A stretch of 34,745 bases of DNA from IMG/VR virus record IMGVR_UViG_3300009124_000047, positions 1-34,745 of that record; one strand, given 5' to 3'. The notes under the pieces are model-generated. The model did no database searches. It worked only from the letters and a program-made list of their open reading frames with translations, and was not told the DNA's origin. The stretch comes from a virus (Duplodnaviria > Caudoviricetes). Positions 17,101-25,496 of this stretch are shown here, one piece after another. Position numbers and translations under genes: made by a program. Positions within the stretch are counted from its first letter, which is position 1. Each line of letters begins with the position of its first letter.

Positions 17101-20100
17101 GGACGACATCCAGCGTCTTCTGAAGTGGTCCGGCTTCGAGGGCACGCTGACCGAGTGGCGTGCGATGACCACCGACCAGCGCCGTCCCTTCCACGAAGCC
17201 GTCGCTGTCTCCTTCGAGACCTACCTCTACGAAGGCGTCGCTCCTAGTCGTGAGCTTCGCGGCGTGTTCCGCCGTTTGCTGTCTTACATCGCAGGCAAGT
17301 TCGAAGAGTTGGTCAAGGGCTTCCAGAAAGACTACGAGCAAGAGTTTGGCCGTCCTCTTCCTGGCTTGACCGACGAGGTCCGCGCCATCTTCGGGCGCAT
17401 GATGTCAGCCGAGCGCGACGTGCAGGCGTTCTTTGATGAGAGCGAACTCGACGCGATGATGATGACCAAGAAGGAGTGGACGGACTCCGGTCGCGACGCC
17501 GACGAATACGACGAATACGAAAGAGAGTTCAAAGACGCGCTGACCGAGGCCACAGCAGAACTAACGATCCAGCGCATGAAGGAGGTCAAGACCTTCGCGA
17601 ATGCCTACGCGCTGGTGGCTCAGAAGCAGCGCGGTGAACTCCAGCGCATTTCCAAGGAGATCCGGCAGGAAGTCCAAGCCCAGGTCGAGGTTGAATCGGT
17701 CTACCAGTTCGTGTCTTGGATGCGGAAGGGGACTTACCAAAGCGAGAACGGAACGGTTGAGCCTGTCAATCTCCCCTCCGCTGAAGGGACCAAGACATCA
17801 AGGAAGTTGAACGCGGCTATCGTCAAGGCTGTGGCCCCTGACCTTTACGACAAGCTCGCTAGAAGAGGCTTGGTCTCCAAGAACGGCGTGACCTTAGAGA
17901 AGGTGCGCGGCATGTTCGGCTTCGAGAGTAACCGAGCCATGCTGGAAGCTCTGGCTACTCACAGGAACATCAAGGAGGAGGTTCTTCACCGGACAAACCA
18001 AAGGCTGCTTAACGAGCACACATCCTTGATGGACCCGATTGTGCAGCAGGAGAACATCCACGCTGCGGTCCACAACAAGATCCGCCAGAGGGTCGTGGCT
18101 CGCGAACTGAAGTTCCTTCTTCAGAACGGTCGCCGCAGCAAGCAAGAGTTGGAGCTTGCTAAGAGGATCGCGGAGGCGCTGATCGAGAAGACCCCGGTCG
18201 GCAACATCGACATCGTGGCTTACAAGCGCGCCGCTGCTCGCGCTCGCAAGAAGGCGTTGAAGGCGTTGAAGGACGGCGACATGGAGGCTGCTGCCTTTGC
18301 CAAGCGCCAGGAGTTGGTCAACGAGCAGATGATCGTGGAGGGCTTGAAGGCTCGCAAGGAAGTGCGAAGCCTGATTGAGTCAAACAAGCGTGCGTTCAAG
18401 CACCGGACTGACAAGGCCCTAGCTTCGGCGGGTTACGACGTGACGGTGATGAAAGCCTTGCGTGCTGTGCTGGCTCGCTTGGGTATCGGCAACGTAGACT
18501 TCGATGCCAACGAAGCACTGGCCCGGTTCGTCAAGGAAGACCCCGAGTTTGCAGCGGAGGTTAGCGGCAACATCGCGTCCTTGCTTGGGAAGGACATCGC
18601 GCAGCCGCGAGTCGGTGACCGGCGCAAGCCGATGGAGCACCTGACTCTGGGCGACATCCGTGTTCTGCGCCTGCTGTCAGCCAGGATGATGTTGCGAGCG
18701 AAGAACAAGCTGAAGACTAAGATCGGCGAGAAGCGCCAGCGTGTTGAGGCTGCTCAAGACGAGGCCGCCAGCACCTTGGATAGCAACGTCAAGGACGGCT
18801 CGAAGGATCTCGACGGGAAGAAGAGCATCTTCGGCAAGATCCGAAACTACTTCTCAGACCTCATCCGGTTTGAGCACCTGTTCCGCCGTGCGGATGGAGG
18901 CAAGGTAGGCATCTGGACCCAGATGTTCCGCATGGTCAAGGACGCGGGCAACCGCTACCGCCAAGAGTTTAAGGAGTTCGCGGAAGACTTCGGCAACCGG
19001 CTTCGCGCTCTAGACCTGACGATCCCTGGCGGTGCTCGCGAGCTAGAACTGACCGTTTACGGGAACCGAGTCGTCATCGGAGAGAACGGTCGCAACGTCA
19101 AGTCTCAGTTGATCCACTTGGCGATGCACTACTACGGCAACGCCAGCAACCGTCAGCGTTTGCTTCGAGGCTACATCGGTCAAGACATTGACCCTGAGCT
19201 ACTGGATGAGGCGATGGAGCAGGCAGACTTGGAGGTCAAGACGTTCCTCCAAGAGCAAATCCGTCAAGGTCTCCTGACTCGCAAGGACTTCGAGTTCATG
19301 CAGGAGACCTTCAAGCAGTTGAGCGGGGCCAACATGCTCGGGCGGGCGCAGCAGGTGATGATGCGCCTACGCCACTACGAGATGGACACGATTGAGGGCG
19401 AAAAGTTCTCGGTCCAGTTCCCTGACGGCGAGACTGTCGAGTTTATGGGCGGCTACATCCCTATCCGCTACGACACATCTACGGCGTCAGTGCGTGAGAG
19501 CGATGCTCCTGGTCTTCAAGACGAGGACATGAGCATTGAGCAGCAGGCCACGAGGATGCTCGGGATCTTGCCCAGCTTTACCAAGGACCGGACTGGCCCT
19601 GCTGCGCTTCCCTTGGAACTCAACCTTGCAAACATCCAGCACCACGCCGCCGAGGTCTTCAAGTTCATCCATATGGCTGAACCTGTTACCGAGGTCTACA
19701 AGGTAGTGAGCGGAAGGAAGGTTAGGCAGACCTTCATCCGTAAGTTTGGGACCAAGGCATACCGAAACATGGAGGGCTGGCTTAGGCGCAGCGCCTACCA
19801 GAAGTTTGACAAGAGCGAGGACACTGAGGTTGGCGACATGATGTTGACGTTGGCGAGGAACGCCAACATGGGCATCATGTTCTTGAACATCGGCAACGCC
19901 TTGCAGAACTACGCTGGCCTCATCATCCCGATGCGTAGAGTCGGCGCTCGTCGGATCATCTCGGCGTTGATGAGTAACATGTTCAGCAACGGTCCTCGCG
20001 CTGAGGTTGCGGAGAAGTCAGTCGAGATGAGGATTCGCTTGGATCGCCAAATCTTCGACATCTACAACCAGCAGCAGAAGCTGCTCACGCAGGAGAGCGG

Positions 20101-20962
20101 GGTCTGGGACCGCATCCAAGACTGGTCTAACCGCTACGCCTACTTCCTCCAGCAATGGACTCAGAACCACGTAGACGTGGCGGTTTGGCAGGCGGCCTAC
20201 AACCAAGAGACGGAGGTCGCGCTGCGCGAGATGATCGGGCAGCCGGATGCTGAAGCTAAGGCCGAGGCGAGGGCTGTCGCTTACGCCGACAGCATCGTGC
20301 GTCAGACACAGATGGCTGGCGAGAAGGAAGACTTGAGCAACTTTGAGTCGCAGGGCTCGATCTACCGTGCGATGTTCCCGTTTAAGTCTTGGTTCATCAA
20401 CTGGATGAACAACGCTTCCAACCAGCGGAGGCTAGACATGGACAAAAAGGGGCAGGCCAAGGCTGCCGCGTTGGCTTCATCCTACATGTATCTTCTGATG
20501 CTGCCCGCCATGATGGCGACGGCTGCGGTGGAGATCGCTCGGGGTGAAGACTTCGACGACGACGACGACGGCTACGGCGACGACATGTGGGAGCTTTGGT
20601 GGCGCTCGCAAGCCGAGCAGATCACGGGTGGTCTGCCTGTCATCCAAGAAGCCACCCGTGTCATGGACACGTTCTGGTTTGACGACGAATACTGGAACAA
20701 CCGTTACCCGGCGACGCCGTGGCAGAGAGTCATCGAGAACATCGCCAAGGCTCCGCTCAAGGATGACACCGTAGATGCGGCGGGATCCTTGGTGTCTCAG
20801 ATAGCCGACCTGATGGGTATTCCTGCCTCCCGAGTCTGGAAGTCGGTCAACCTGCTAGGTGACGAGTTCATCCGAGATGATCTTGAGAGCGAGAGCACCT
20901 ACGACTTCATCCGGGGAGCCGTCACAGGCCAGCGGAGCGACCTGCAACGGCTGAGTCAGTAA
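14105..20962 (+). CDS. Giant internal virion / polyvalent protein with ART-like and zincin metallopeptidase-like domains
   Basis: 2285 aa; FVRWFGDSKVVDAEGKPLVVYH...GIFFS...EYVAFNPNQIKS; HELMH (HExxH) and HEAVAVSFETYLYEGVAPS. Confidence 0.8.
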   Translation: MNDFVGSPPLFGEAPSLPQQIRANFLEPQEQDPKKSRELKTLQAAGVDPSLDVEKAKARFLADTFSNTNWVQRHPTLAAKLADRNYVQIARDDVGNIIETEGLVNEMANAWRVSRDTVFAGKIGTRAMLEVRDLHPYERERLKRAQELASAYMASDPGFIASSVELAGTLVETAGVSAVAGGVTGAVFPPAAPYVAGAAAYAASFQLEGGNLYAELLREFQGSITPAEARDIAIGYGSVIAGADLIGLKVATAPIKGLIKEIAKKRGKGLLTREAASRMTLRIVGQGLGGAVGEATTEGVQDVLQERAKRIASELYRPDNLYEPEYEESFWRAFNHTFKGMVLMAGVPTGVRVVNTNIKVANANYDYEQAKKAAEIRGRSKAPEAQREVEAEAGESDTLNSTYYVRAQDFNKAISELAEQTDVTEQQVRDTVEANSPGLMARIDEAAERDGEVELTKSEWGAAFDNTKFRDTALLNTAFEEDGLTQREAKEVDLIRDKVVKEEGEAAAKKLQELEAFERELREVRKEMRQQLDVVLKGTDAAQTMNAAANAAVLMGFIRRGALQMNISPREFVEKHLPQIVQQRLTGQEAAQAQQQQQAQQQTEQQAETLETFAQDLPETPEEQRARMERMLDAREKADEEMRARGQTVRSKVPGETESPPTRPMTTDDITTVEQADQLLEELATRRANDIEQASGVQVAEFDRDRARIEARRAQLAGEQQTEQQTEQQAQTDTLESGTFDQDADYTFTEGDYRPEVVAWAKEQFGDRVAPNGKPVYQNFVRWFGDSKVVDAEGKPLVVYHATTAEFSKFDRQAEGSMFTYGREPGSGGIFFSSTPSPYFTEGSRGQEKGGRTIPAYVTIKNPAIVTRGLSLEEQAKALREAEEQGHDGAIIGEVEYVAFNPNQIKSTLQGRSDEYGDFSADPRILYSKEGDKKVLGTASFEGTDAIQKILLDPDAKPTTLMHELMHWNLELMATIGLDIEGKLAQEGYEATALERQMLDDIQRLLKWSGFEGTLTEWRAMTTDQRRPFHEAVAVSFETYLYEGVAPSRELRGVFRRLLSYIAGKFEELVKGFQKDYEQEFGRPLPGLTDEVRAIFGRMMSAERDVQAFFDESELDAMMMTKKEWTDSGRDADEYDEYEREFKDALTEATAELTIQRMKEVKTFANAYALVAQKQRGELQRISKEIRQEVQAQVEVESVYQFVSWMRKGTYQSENGTVEPVNLPSAEGTKTSRKLNAAIVKAVAPDLYDKLARRGLVSKNGVTLEKVRGMFGFESNRAMLEALATHRNIKEEVLHRTNQRLLNEHTSLMDPIVQQENIHAAVHNKIRQRVVARELKFLLQNGRRSKQELELAKRIAEALIEKTPVGNIDIVAYKRAAARARKKALKALKDGDMEAAAFAKRQELVNEQMIVEGLKARKEVRSLIESNKRAFKHRTDKALASAGYDVTVMKALRAVLARLGIGNVDFDANEALARFVKEDPEFAAEVSGNIASLLGKDIAQPRVGDRRKPMEHLTLGDIRVLRLLSARMMLRAKNKLKTKIGEKRQRVEAAQDEAASTLDSNVKDGSKDLDGKKSIFGKIRNYFSDLIRFEHLFRRADGGKVGIWTQMFRMVKDAGNRYRQEFKEFAEDFGNRLRALDLTIPGGARELELTVYGNRVVIGENGRNVKSQLIHLAMHYYGNASNRQRLLRGYIGQDIDPELLDEAMEQADLEVKTFLQEQIRQGLLTRKDFEFMQETFKQLSGANMLGRAQQVMMRLRHYEMDTIEGEKFSVQFPDGETVEFMGGYIPIRYDTSTASVRESDAPGLQDEDMSIEQQATRMLGILPSFTKDRTGPAALPLELNLANIQHHAAEVFKFIHMAEPVTEVYKVVSGRKVRQTFIRKFGTKAYRNMEGWLRRSAYQKFDKSEDTEVGDMMLTLARNANMGIMFLNIGNALQNYAGLIIPMRRVGARRIISALMSNMFSNGPRAEVAEKSVEMRIRLDRQIFDIYNQQQKLLTQESGVWDRIQDWSNRYAYFLQQWTQNHVDVAVWQAAYNQETEVALREMIGQPDAEAKAEARAVAYADSIVRQTQMAGEKEDLSNFESQGSIYRAMFPFKSWFINWMNNASNQRRLDMDKKGQAKAAALASSYMYLLMLPAMMATAAVEIARGEDFDDDDDGYGDDMWELWWRSQAEQITGGLPVIQEATRVMDTFWFDDEYWNNRYPATPWQRVIENIAKAPLKDDTVDAAGSLVSQIADLMGIPASRVWKSVNLLGDEFIRDDLESESTYDFIRGAVTGQRSDLQRLSQ

Positions 20963-21026
20963 CCTATTGCAACGAAGCAACTTGCATAACACTTGCGTTC
21001 TACCGCATTTCTGAGAGACTACCGAC

Positions 21027-21518
21027 ATGGCCTCTACCATCACTGCTGCCACCTTGACCATCACGATCACGGAGTCCGTGACTCTGAACGGATCGGATCA
21101 AGGTGCGACGAACACGATCACGGTAGACAACGTGGACGAGGTTGTGAAGCGGATCGTGTCCGTGCCTACATCGGAATCGGGACTGCTGGGCTTTGACAGC
21201 ACCGACATTTTCTCGACAGGCTACCTTGCAGGCCAGTTCGTCGAAGGAGATGTCCGCTACATCCGCATCACGAACAAGGATGACGCGAACCACGTCACGC
21301 TGAAGTTCCGAGGTAACGACACCACGGATGCGGAGTTCGCCGTCATGCTCGACAAGGGTCACTCTTACATCGTCTCATGCGATCAAGACTTGGGGACGGT
21401 AGGGACCGTTGACGCAGGAGATGCGCCACTCTCCCCCACTCTTCTCAATCTCATTGACATCACGGCTGTAGCGGACACTGCTGCGGTCGATGTGGAAGTT
21501 TTCGTAGCGAGTATCTGA
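21027..21518 (+). CDS. Hypothetical beta-rich acidic protein, possibly structural
   Basis: Clean ORF with genome-like codon usage; T/V/D-rich. Confidence 0.75.
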   Translation: MASTITAATLTITITESVTLNGSDQGATNTITVDNVDEVVKRIVSVPTSESGLLGFDSTDIFSTGYLAGQFVEGDVRYIRITNKDDANHVTLKFRGNDTTDAEFAVMLDKGHSYIVSCDQDLGTVGTVDAGDAPLSPTLLNLIDITAVADTAAVDVEVFVASI

Positions 21519-21519
21519 C

Positions 21520-21633
21520 ATGCCTAAGCACACCAAGAAGTCCATGCCCAAGAAGTCCATGCCTGCCAAGGTTGCCAAGAAGATGGCGAAGAAGGCTGGC
21601 AAGAAGCCGATGAAGAAGGGCTATGGCCGCTAA
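21520..21633 (+). CDS. Lysine-rich peptide (37 aa, MPKHTKKSMPKKSMPAKVAKKMAKKAGKKPMKKGYGR)
   Basis: Manually read; starts 1 nt after upstream stop; 14 Lys, all AAG; no acidic residue. Confidence 0.7.
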   Translation: MPKHTKKSMPKKSMPAKVAKKMAKKAGKKPMKKGYGR

Positions 21634-21778
21634 GAAGAAGGGGCTCTACGCCAACATCAACGCGAAGCGTAAGCGCATCGCGGCTGGCTCGGGCGAGAAG
21701 ATGCGGAAGCCGGGGACGAAGGGTGCCCCGACCGCGAAGGCTTTCAAGCGCAGTGCTAAGACTGCGAAGAAGAGGTAG
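21623..21778 (+). CDS. Small basic phage protein (51 aa, MAAKKKGLYANINAKRKRIAAGSGEKMRKPG...)
   Basis: Manually read; tiles the gap between neighbours; resembles a small basic protein recurrent in aquatic phages. Confidence 0.8.
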   Translation: MAAKKKGLYANINAKRKRIAAGSGEKMRKPGTKGAPTAKAFKRSAKTAKKR

Positions 21779-21780
21779 AG

Positions 21781-22068
21781 ATGGCTGACGCCTACAGGAA
21801 CAACGTCATCCGTGCGGCTGGCTACGCGAACAGCACGTTCGACCCGCCTCTGGACGCTCTCTTCGTTACTGCTGCCGCTGGTGCAAATGTCACGATGACG
21901 GTCAGTGGAACGAGCGTGGCGATCCCTTCCGGCCAACTGACGGCGGGGACGTTGTTCGAGGTAGGTGACATCTCTGCGATCAACGCCGCCACGGGCTTCG
22001 CCTTCATCGGACTTCGCGTTCTGAACAAGTCCGGTTCCTCGAACGTCACCAACGACACCGCAGGCTAG
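21781..22068 (+). CDS. Small beta-rich protein, paralog 1 (possible head spike base-like)
   Basis: Shares YRNNV, TFDPPLDA, GTL-x2-VGDI, IGLRVLNKSGSSNVTND with the next gene. Confidence 0.75.
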   Translation: MADAYRNNVIRAAGYANSTFDPPLDALFVTAAAGANVTMTVSGTSVAIPSGQLTAGTLFEVGDISAINAATGFAFIGLRVLNKSGSSNVTNDTAG

Positions 22069-22074
22069 GTAGGT

Positions 22075-22377
22075 ATGAACGGTCCCTACAGAAACAACGT
22101 GGTAGTCGCAAATGCTGGCGACGCCACGTTCGATCCGCCTCTGGACGCCATCTACATCACAGAAGATGCCGATGCTGTAGGCGCGGAGGAGGCGATGGAC
22201 ATCTACGTCGGCGGGGCAGTGTCCAACATCGCGGTCGCTAACCTACGGGGAGGCACGCTGGTCAATGTGGGTGACATCACCAGGATCAACAGCACTGGGA
22301 ACGCCTTCCGCTACATCGGGCTCCGGGTTCTGAACAAGTCGGGATCGTCCAACGTGACGAACGACGTAATCCCTTAA
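22075..22377 (+). CDS. Small beta-rich protein, paralog 2
   Basis: Tandem paralog of 21781-22068. Confidence 0.75.
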   Translation: MNGPYRNNVVVANAGDATFDPPLDAIYITEDADAVGAEEAMDIYVGGAVSNIAVANLRGGTLVNVGDITRINSTGNAFRYIGLRVLNKSGSSNVTNDVIP

Positions 22378-22385
22378 GGCGGCTA

Positions 22386-22655
22386 ATGATCGAGCGCGGC
22401 GGTGAGAAGTTCTCGGGCTACAACAAGCCCAAGCGCACTCCGGGCCACGGCTCGAAGTCTCACGCCGTGCTTGCGAAGGTAGGCGGCAAGGTCAAGCTCA
22501 TCCGCTTCGGTCAGAAGGGCGTAAGCGGCGCGGGCAAGAACCCGAAGACTGCCAGCGAGAAAGCCCGCCGCAAGTCCTTCAAGGCGAGGCACGCCAAGAA
22601 CATCGCGAAGGGCAAGATGTCGGCGGCTTACTGGGCCGACAAGGTCAAGTGGTAG
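22386..22655 (+). CDS. Conserved small basic phage protein
   Basis: YNKPKRTP, VKLIRFGQ, RRKSFKARH, SAAYWADKVKW; last gene of the + operon. Confidence 0.8.
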   Translation: MIERGGEKFSGYNKPKRTPGHGSKSHAVLAKVGGKVKLIRFGQKGVSGAGKNPKTASEKARRKSFKARHAKNIAKGKMSAAYWADKVKW

Positions 22656-22665
22656 CTAGGCGTCG

Positions 22666-23019
22666 CTAGAACGGCAGGGTCCGCTGCGTATTCGATTTAG
22701 CTTCAGCATCCGGTTCTGATGCTGGCTTCTTCCTGATGCAGTAGACCCAAGTGCCGGGACCGCGCTGATCTCGTAAGACATCGTAGCCTAGGCTGCGTAG
22801 TTCACGCATCCTCCGCAGACCCTCGCTTGCGTATCCGTTTGGTCCACCGGCAGCGGTGCATATGTCGTGCATGTTGTGCCACTTGCCGTCGATCATCAGA
22901 TCCAGCACTCGCAGCACGCCGATCCCGGTCTCGATAGCCTTCTGTTGGTCAAGGATGCCCTCGCCCCCAAGGCTTCTGATGCGTTGTGCGATCAACCACT
23001 TCTCGTTGTTGCGACTCAT
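22666..23019 (-). CDS. Winged helix-turn-helix protein
   Basis: VLDLMIDGKWH...RRMRELRSLGYDV; ATGA-coupled to the loader gene. Confidence 0.65.
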   Translation of the reverse strand: MSRNNEKWLIAQRIRSLGGEGILDQQKAIETGIGVLRVLDLMIDGKWHNMHDICTAAGGPNGYASEGLRRMRELRSLGYDVLRDQRGPGTWVYCIRKKPASEPDAEAKSNTQRTLPF

Positions 23020-23828
23020 TTCCGCTGGTCCTCCCAGTAGAAGCCGAGCATCGCGCCTCCTTGGCGCAGCCTGGACACCAGTGCTTCCCCAAGGTAGTCC
23101 ACCAACTCGTCCTTGCTCATGTTGGAGATGACGATCGTGGGCCTGACCTCTCGGTAGCGCCTGTCGAGCAGGGCGAACAGGCTGTCGGCGGCGTGCTTGC
23201 TGTCCTTGTGCCTACCCACTTCGTCCAAGACCAGCAGGCTGGGAGCGGTGTAAGCCTCGAACACGTCCATCTCGCACTCGTCAACCTCATGGTTGTAGCT
23301 GTTCCTGAGTCGCAGCAGGAAGTCGTTAGCCGTGATGTAGACGGCGCTGTGGTCATGCTTGGCGACGACCTCGTGGATGACGGCGCAGGCTGCGTAGGTC
23401 TTGCCGGTGCCGGGGCTGCCGATGAAGATGAGGTTGTTGCCCCTCTCCAGCGCGATGTCGAACGAGGCGCAGTAGTCCGTCAGCCTCTTGTGGACAGCCT
23501 CCATGGCCGGGTCCGTGCTCTTCCAGTCTTGGAGCGTAGCGTCTAGGTAGCGCGGCGGGATGCCGGTGTTGAGCATGAGCATGTCGTCCAGCCGCTTCTC
23601 CAGGCCGGGGTCGTTGGAGACGCAAGCCTCGTAGCGTTCTTGGGTCTCGCGCTCTTCCTCCTCGTAGATCTTGTTGCACTCTGGACACCGGGTCCAGAAC
23701 GCCTGACACCGTGGGTGCCGGTGAGACATCAGGGAAGACTCGTAGGTTCCGTGGTCAGGGCACTCCTTCCAGCCCTCCTCGACTACCCGCCATGCCTGCT
23801 TGATCTCTGACTCGTCGCTGCTTTCCAT
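23016..23828 (-). CDS. DnaC/IstB-like AAA+ helicase loader with N-terminal Zn-binding motif
   Basis: CPDH..CPEC, GIPPRY, Walker A GSPGTGKT, Walker B LLVLDEVG, PTIVISN, SRL. Confidence 0.9.
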   Translation of the reverse strand: MESSDESEIKQAWRVVEEGWKECPDHGTYESSLMSHRHPRCQAFWTRCPECNKIYEEEERETQERYEACVSNDPGLEKRLDDMLMLNTGIPPRYLDATLQDWKSTDPAMEAVHKRLTDYCASFDIALERGNNLIFIGSPGTGKTYAACAVIHEVVAKHDHSAVYITANDFLLRLRNSYNHEVDECEMDVFEAYTAPSLLVLDEVGRHKDSKHAADSLFALLDRRYREVRPTIVISNMSKDELVDYLGEALVSRLRQGGAMLGFYWEDQRK

Positions 23829-23905
23829 TCTAAGCCCCCTCTTGGCTCCTCTGTTCCACGATCTCCTGTCGCCCCTGTCCAGACAGCCCGGACAGAGAAA
23901 AGCGC

Positions 23906-24697
23906 TCAGAAGTCAATCTCGCCAGCCTCATGCAGGTGTTCTTGAGGCATGGGCTTTTGAGGTGCAACCATCTCGTCTTCCCAGCCTCGTTGGTTCAGCC
24001 ACGTAGACGGGTTCTTGCGGTATCTCACGTCGGGCGTGCTGGCGACGTACTCCTGAACGCGCCCCATGGCTGCCCTGCGGTCCTTCTTGGTCATCCGGTT
24101 CCAGCTAGAGAACGCAGGCTTGGCCCCGGTCTTCTTGCCGTAGGCGTTCCAGAACTCGGTGAACCCAGTCTCGGCCCACTTCTGCTCCCGAGCCTGACGA
24201 ACCTCCTCCTCCTCCTGTACTGTACTAGTACTACTAGTACTATCTGTACTAGTACTAGTACTAGAAGATATCTCACTAGGGGGGGTCTGGGGGGGATGGT
24301 TGCTTGTAGCGTTCTCGGTATCGTTATCTCTAGCGATACTGGTAGCGGATTGAGCCTTCCGTTCACGGTGACGCCGGACTCTTTCGGCAGCCTTGGCTTG
24401 CGCGACGGTCTGGCGATGACGGAACCGGCTGACCCGGTTGATGCAGATCGTGTCGTCCTCGAAGACGCAGATCAGGTTCGCCTTCTGAAGCTCCGCCAGC
24501 GCCTTCTGAGCCGACTGGATGCCCAAGCCTGAGATCTCAGAGCAGACGCGGTAGTCCTCGTCCACCACGATCCAGCCCTCGTCGTCCGTCTTCAAAAGCA
24601 GGCAGATGAACAACCACCGGGACGCGACGGAGATCATGTCGTCCCAAAGGTTTGACTCCAGCAGTTCGTTGCCTAGCAGCTTCGTTTGTCCTTTCAT
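23906..24697 (-). CDS. Phage replication initiator protein (lambda O-like organisation)
   Basis: ERVRRHRER, PPQTP, S/T linker, FTEFWNAY, NPSTWLNQRGWED; upstream of loader. Start moved to ATG 24697 with GAGGTG RBS. Confidence 0.85.
   Translation of the reverse strand: MKGQTKLLGNELLESNLWDDMISVASRWLFICLLLKTDDEGWIVVDEDYRVCSEISGLGIQSAQKALAELQKANLICVFEDDTICINRVSRFRHRQTVAQAKAAERVRRHRERKAQSATSIARDNDTENATSNHPPQTPPSEISSSTSTSTDSTSSTSTVQEEEEVRQAREQKWAETGFTEFWNAYGKKTGAKPAFSSWNRMTKKDRRAAMGRVQEYVASTPDVRYRKNPSTWLNQRGWEDEMVAPQKPMPQEHLHEAGEIDF
24216..24279. repeat. Putative replication origin: clustered palindromic TACTAGTA repeats
   Basis: TACTAGTA at 24223, 24232, 24247, 24253; CTGTACTAGTACTA at 24220 and 24244; AT-rich patch within the initiator gene. 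Confidence 0.65.
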
Positions 24698-24745
24698 GCT
24701 GCCACCTCTGTAACGCTTCGCGTCACAGGTTGCAAGCAAGAAAAT

Positions 24746-24935
24746 GGGGGCCGGACGCTGTGCTGGTGTAGGAAGGGAGAAGGGGGGAGCGCGCTAGGTG
24801 CTAGGCGGGTGCGCGCTGCATGCAGCGTCCGACCCCCGGTGTGTCAAAAGTAGGCGGCAGCCAGCGAGGGGAAAGCATAAGTCCTCGCTGACCACCACCA
24901 AGACCTGTATTTGTTATGGCACACACCTACAGGTC
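24746..24935. other. Structured intergenic region with tandem hairpins
   Basis: Stems 24746-24760/24823-24837, 24788-24794/24811-24817, 24862-24869/24883-24890, 24902-24909/24928-24935. Confidence 0.5.
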
Positions 24936-24994
24936 ATGCGAAGTCCCTCTCATCGGCCTTGCGCTGGTGTCACTCTTAGCACCCCTAGACAACC

Positions 24995-25381
24995 ATGTCC
25001 AGCCCTACCCAGAGATCTCTTGAACACTGCCGCAAGCAAGGCTGGATCGCCGGGGTTGTGGAGAAGTGGAACCCACACGCCCGCATCCGGCAGGACTTGT
25101 TCGGGTGCATCGACCTCATCGTGATCGACGACCTCGAACAAGGCCCCCTCGCAGTCCAGGCTACGTCGGGGACCGGGCACGCCGCACGCCGGAAGAAGTC
25201 CGTGGCGGAGCCGAGGCTCAAGCTGTGGCTCGAGGCCCCGGCCCGATTCGAGATATGGTCCTGGTCAAAGCGAGGACCGAGGGGCAAGCGCAAGGTCTGG
25301 ACCCTGCGCCGTGAACCCATCACTCTAGAGCATCTTCTAACTGAGACTGACCCACCTCTAGGGACTGAGCCAGCAACTTGA
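24995..25381 (+). CDS. PD-(D/E)XK-like nuclease, possible resolvase
   Basis: SPTQRSL...VVEKWN...RQDLFGCIDLIVI...LAVQAT pattern. Confidence 0.7.
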   Translation: MSSPTQRSLEHCRKQGWIAGVVEKWNPHARIRQDLFGCIDLIVIDDLEQGPLAVQATSGTGHAARRKKSVAEPRLKLWLEAPARFEIWSWSKRGPRGKRKVWTLRREPITLEHLLTETDPPLGTEPAT

Positions 25382-25496
25382 GGGTGCTGTGGTTCGGGAT
25401 GTGAACCCCGTATTGCAGGTTGTAGATAGTCTTGACGCTGACCCCGGAGTGCTCGGCCAACTCCGAGATCGTGGCGAAGCCTGCTCGACGCATCAT
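25320..25496 (-). CDS. XRE/Cro-type HTH regulator
   Basis: TISELAEHSGVSVKTIYNLQYG..P..STLKLLAQSL; start moved to ATG 25496 overlapping the upstream TGA. Confidence 0.75.
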   Translation of the reverse strand: MMRRAGFATISELAEHSGVSVKTIYNLQYGVHIPNHSTLKLLAQSLEVGQSQLEDALE

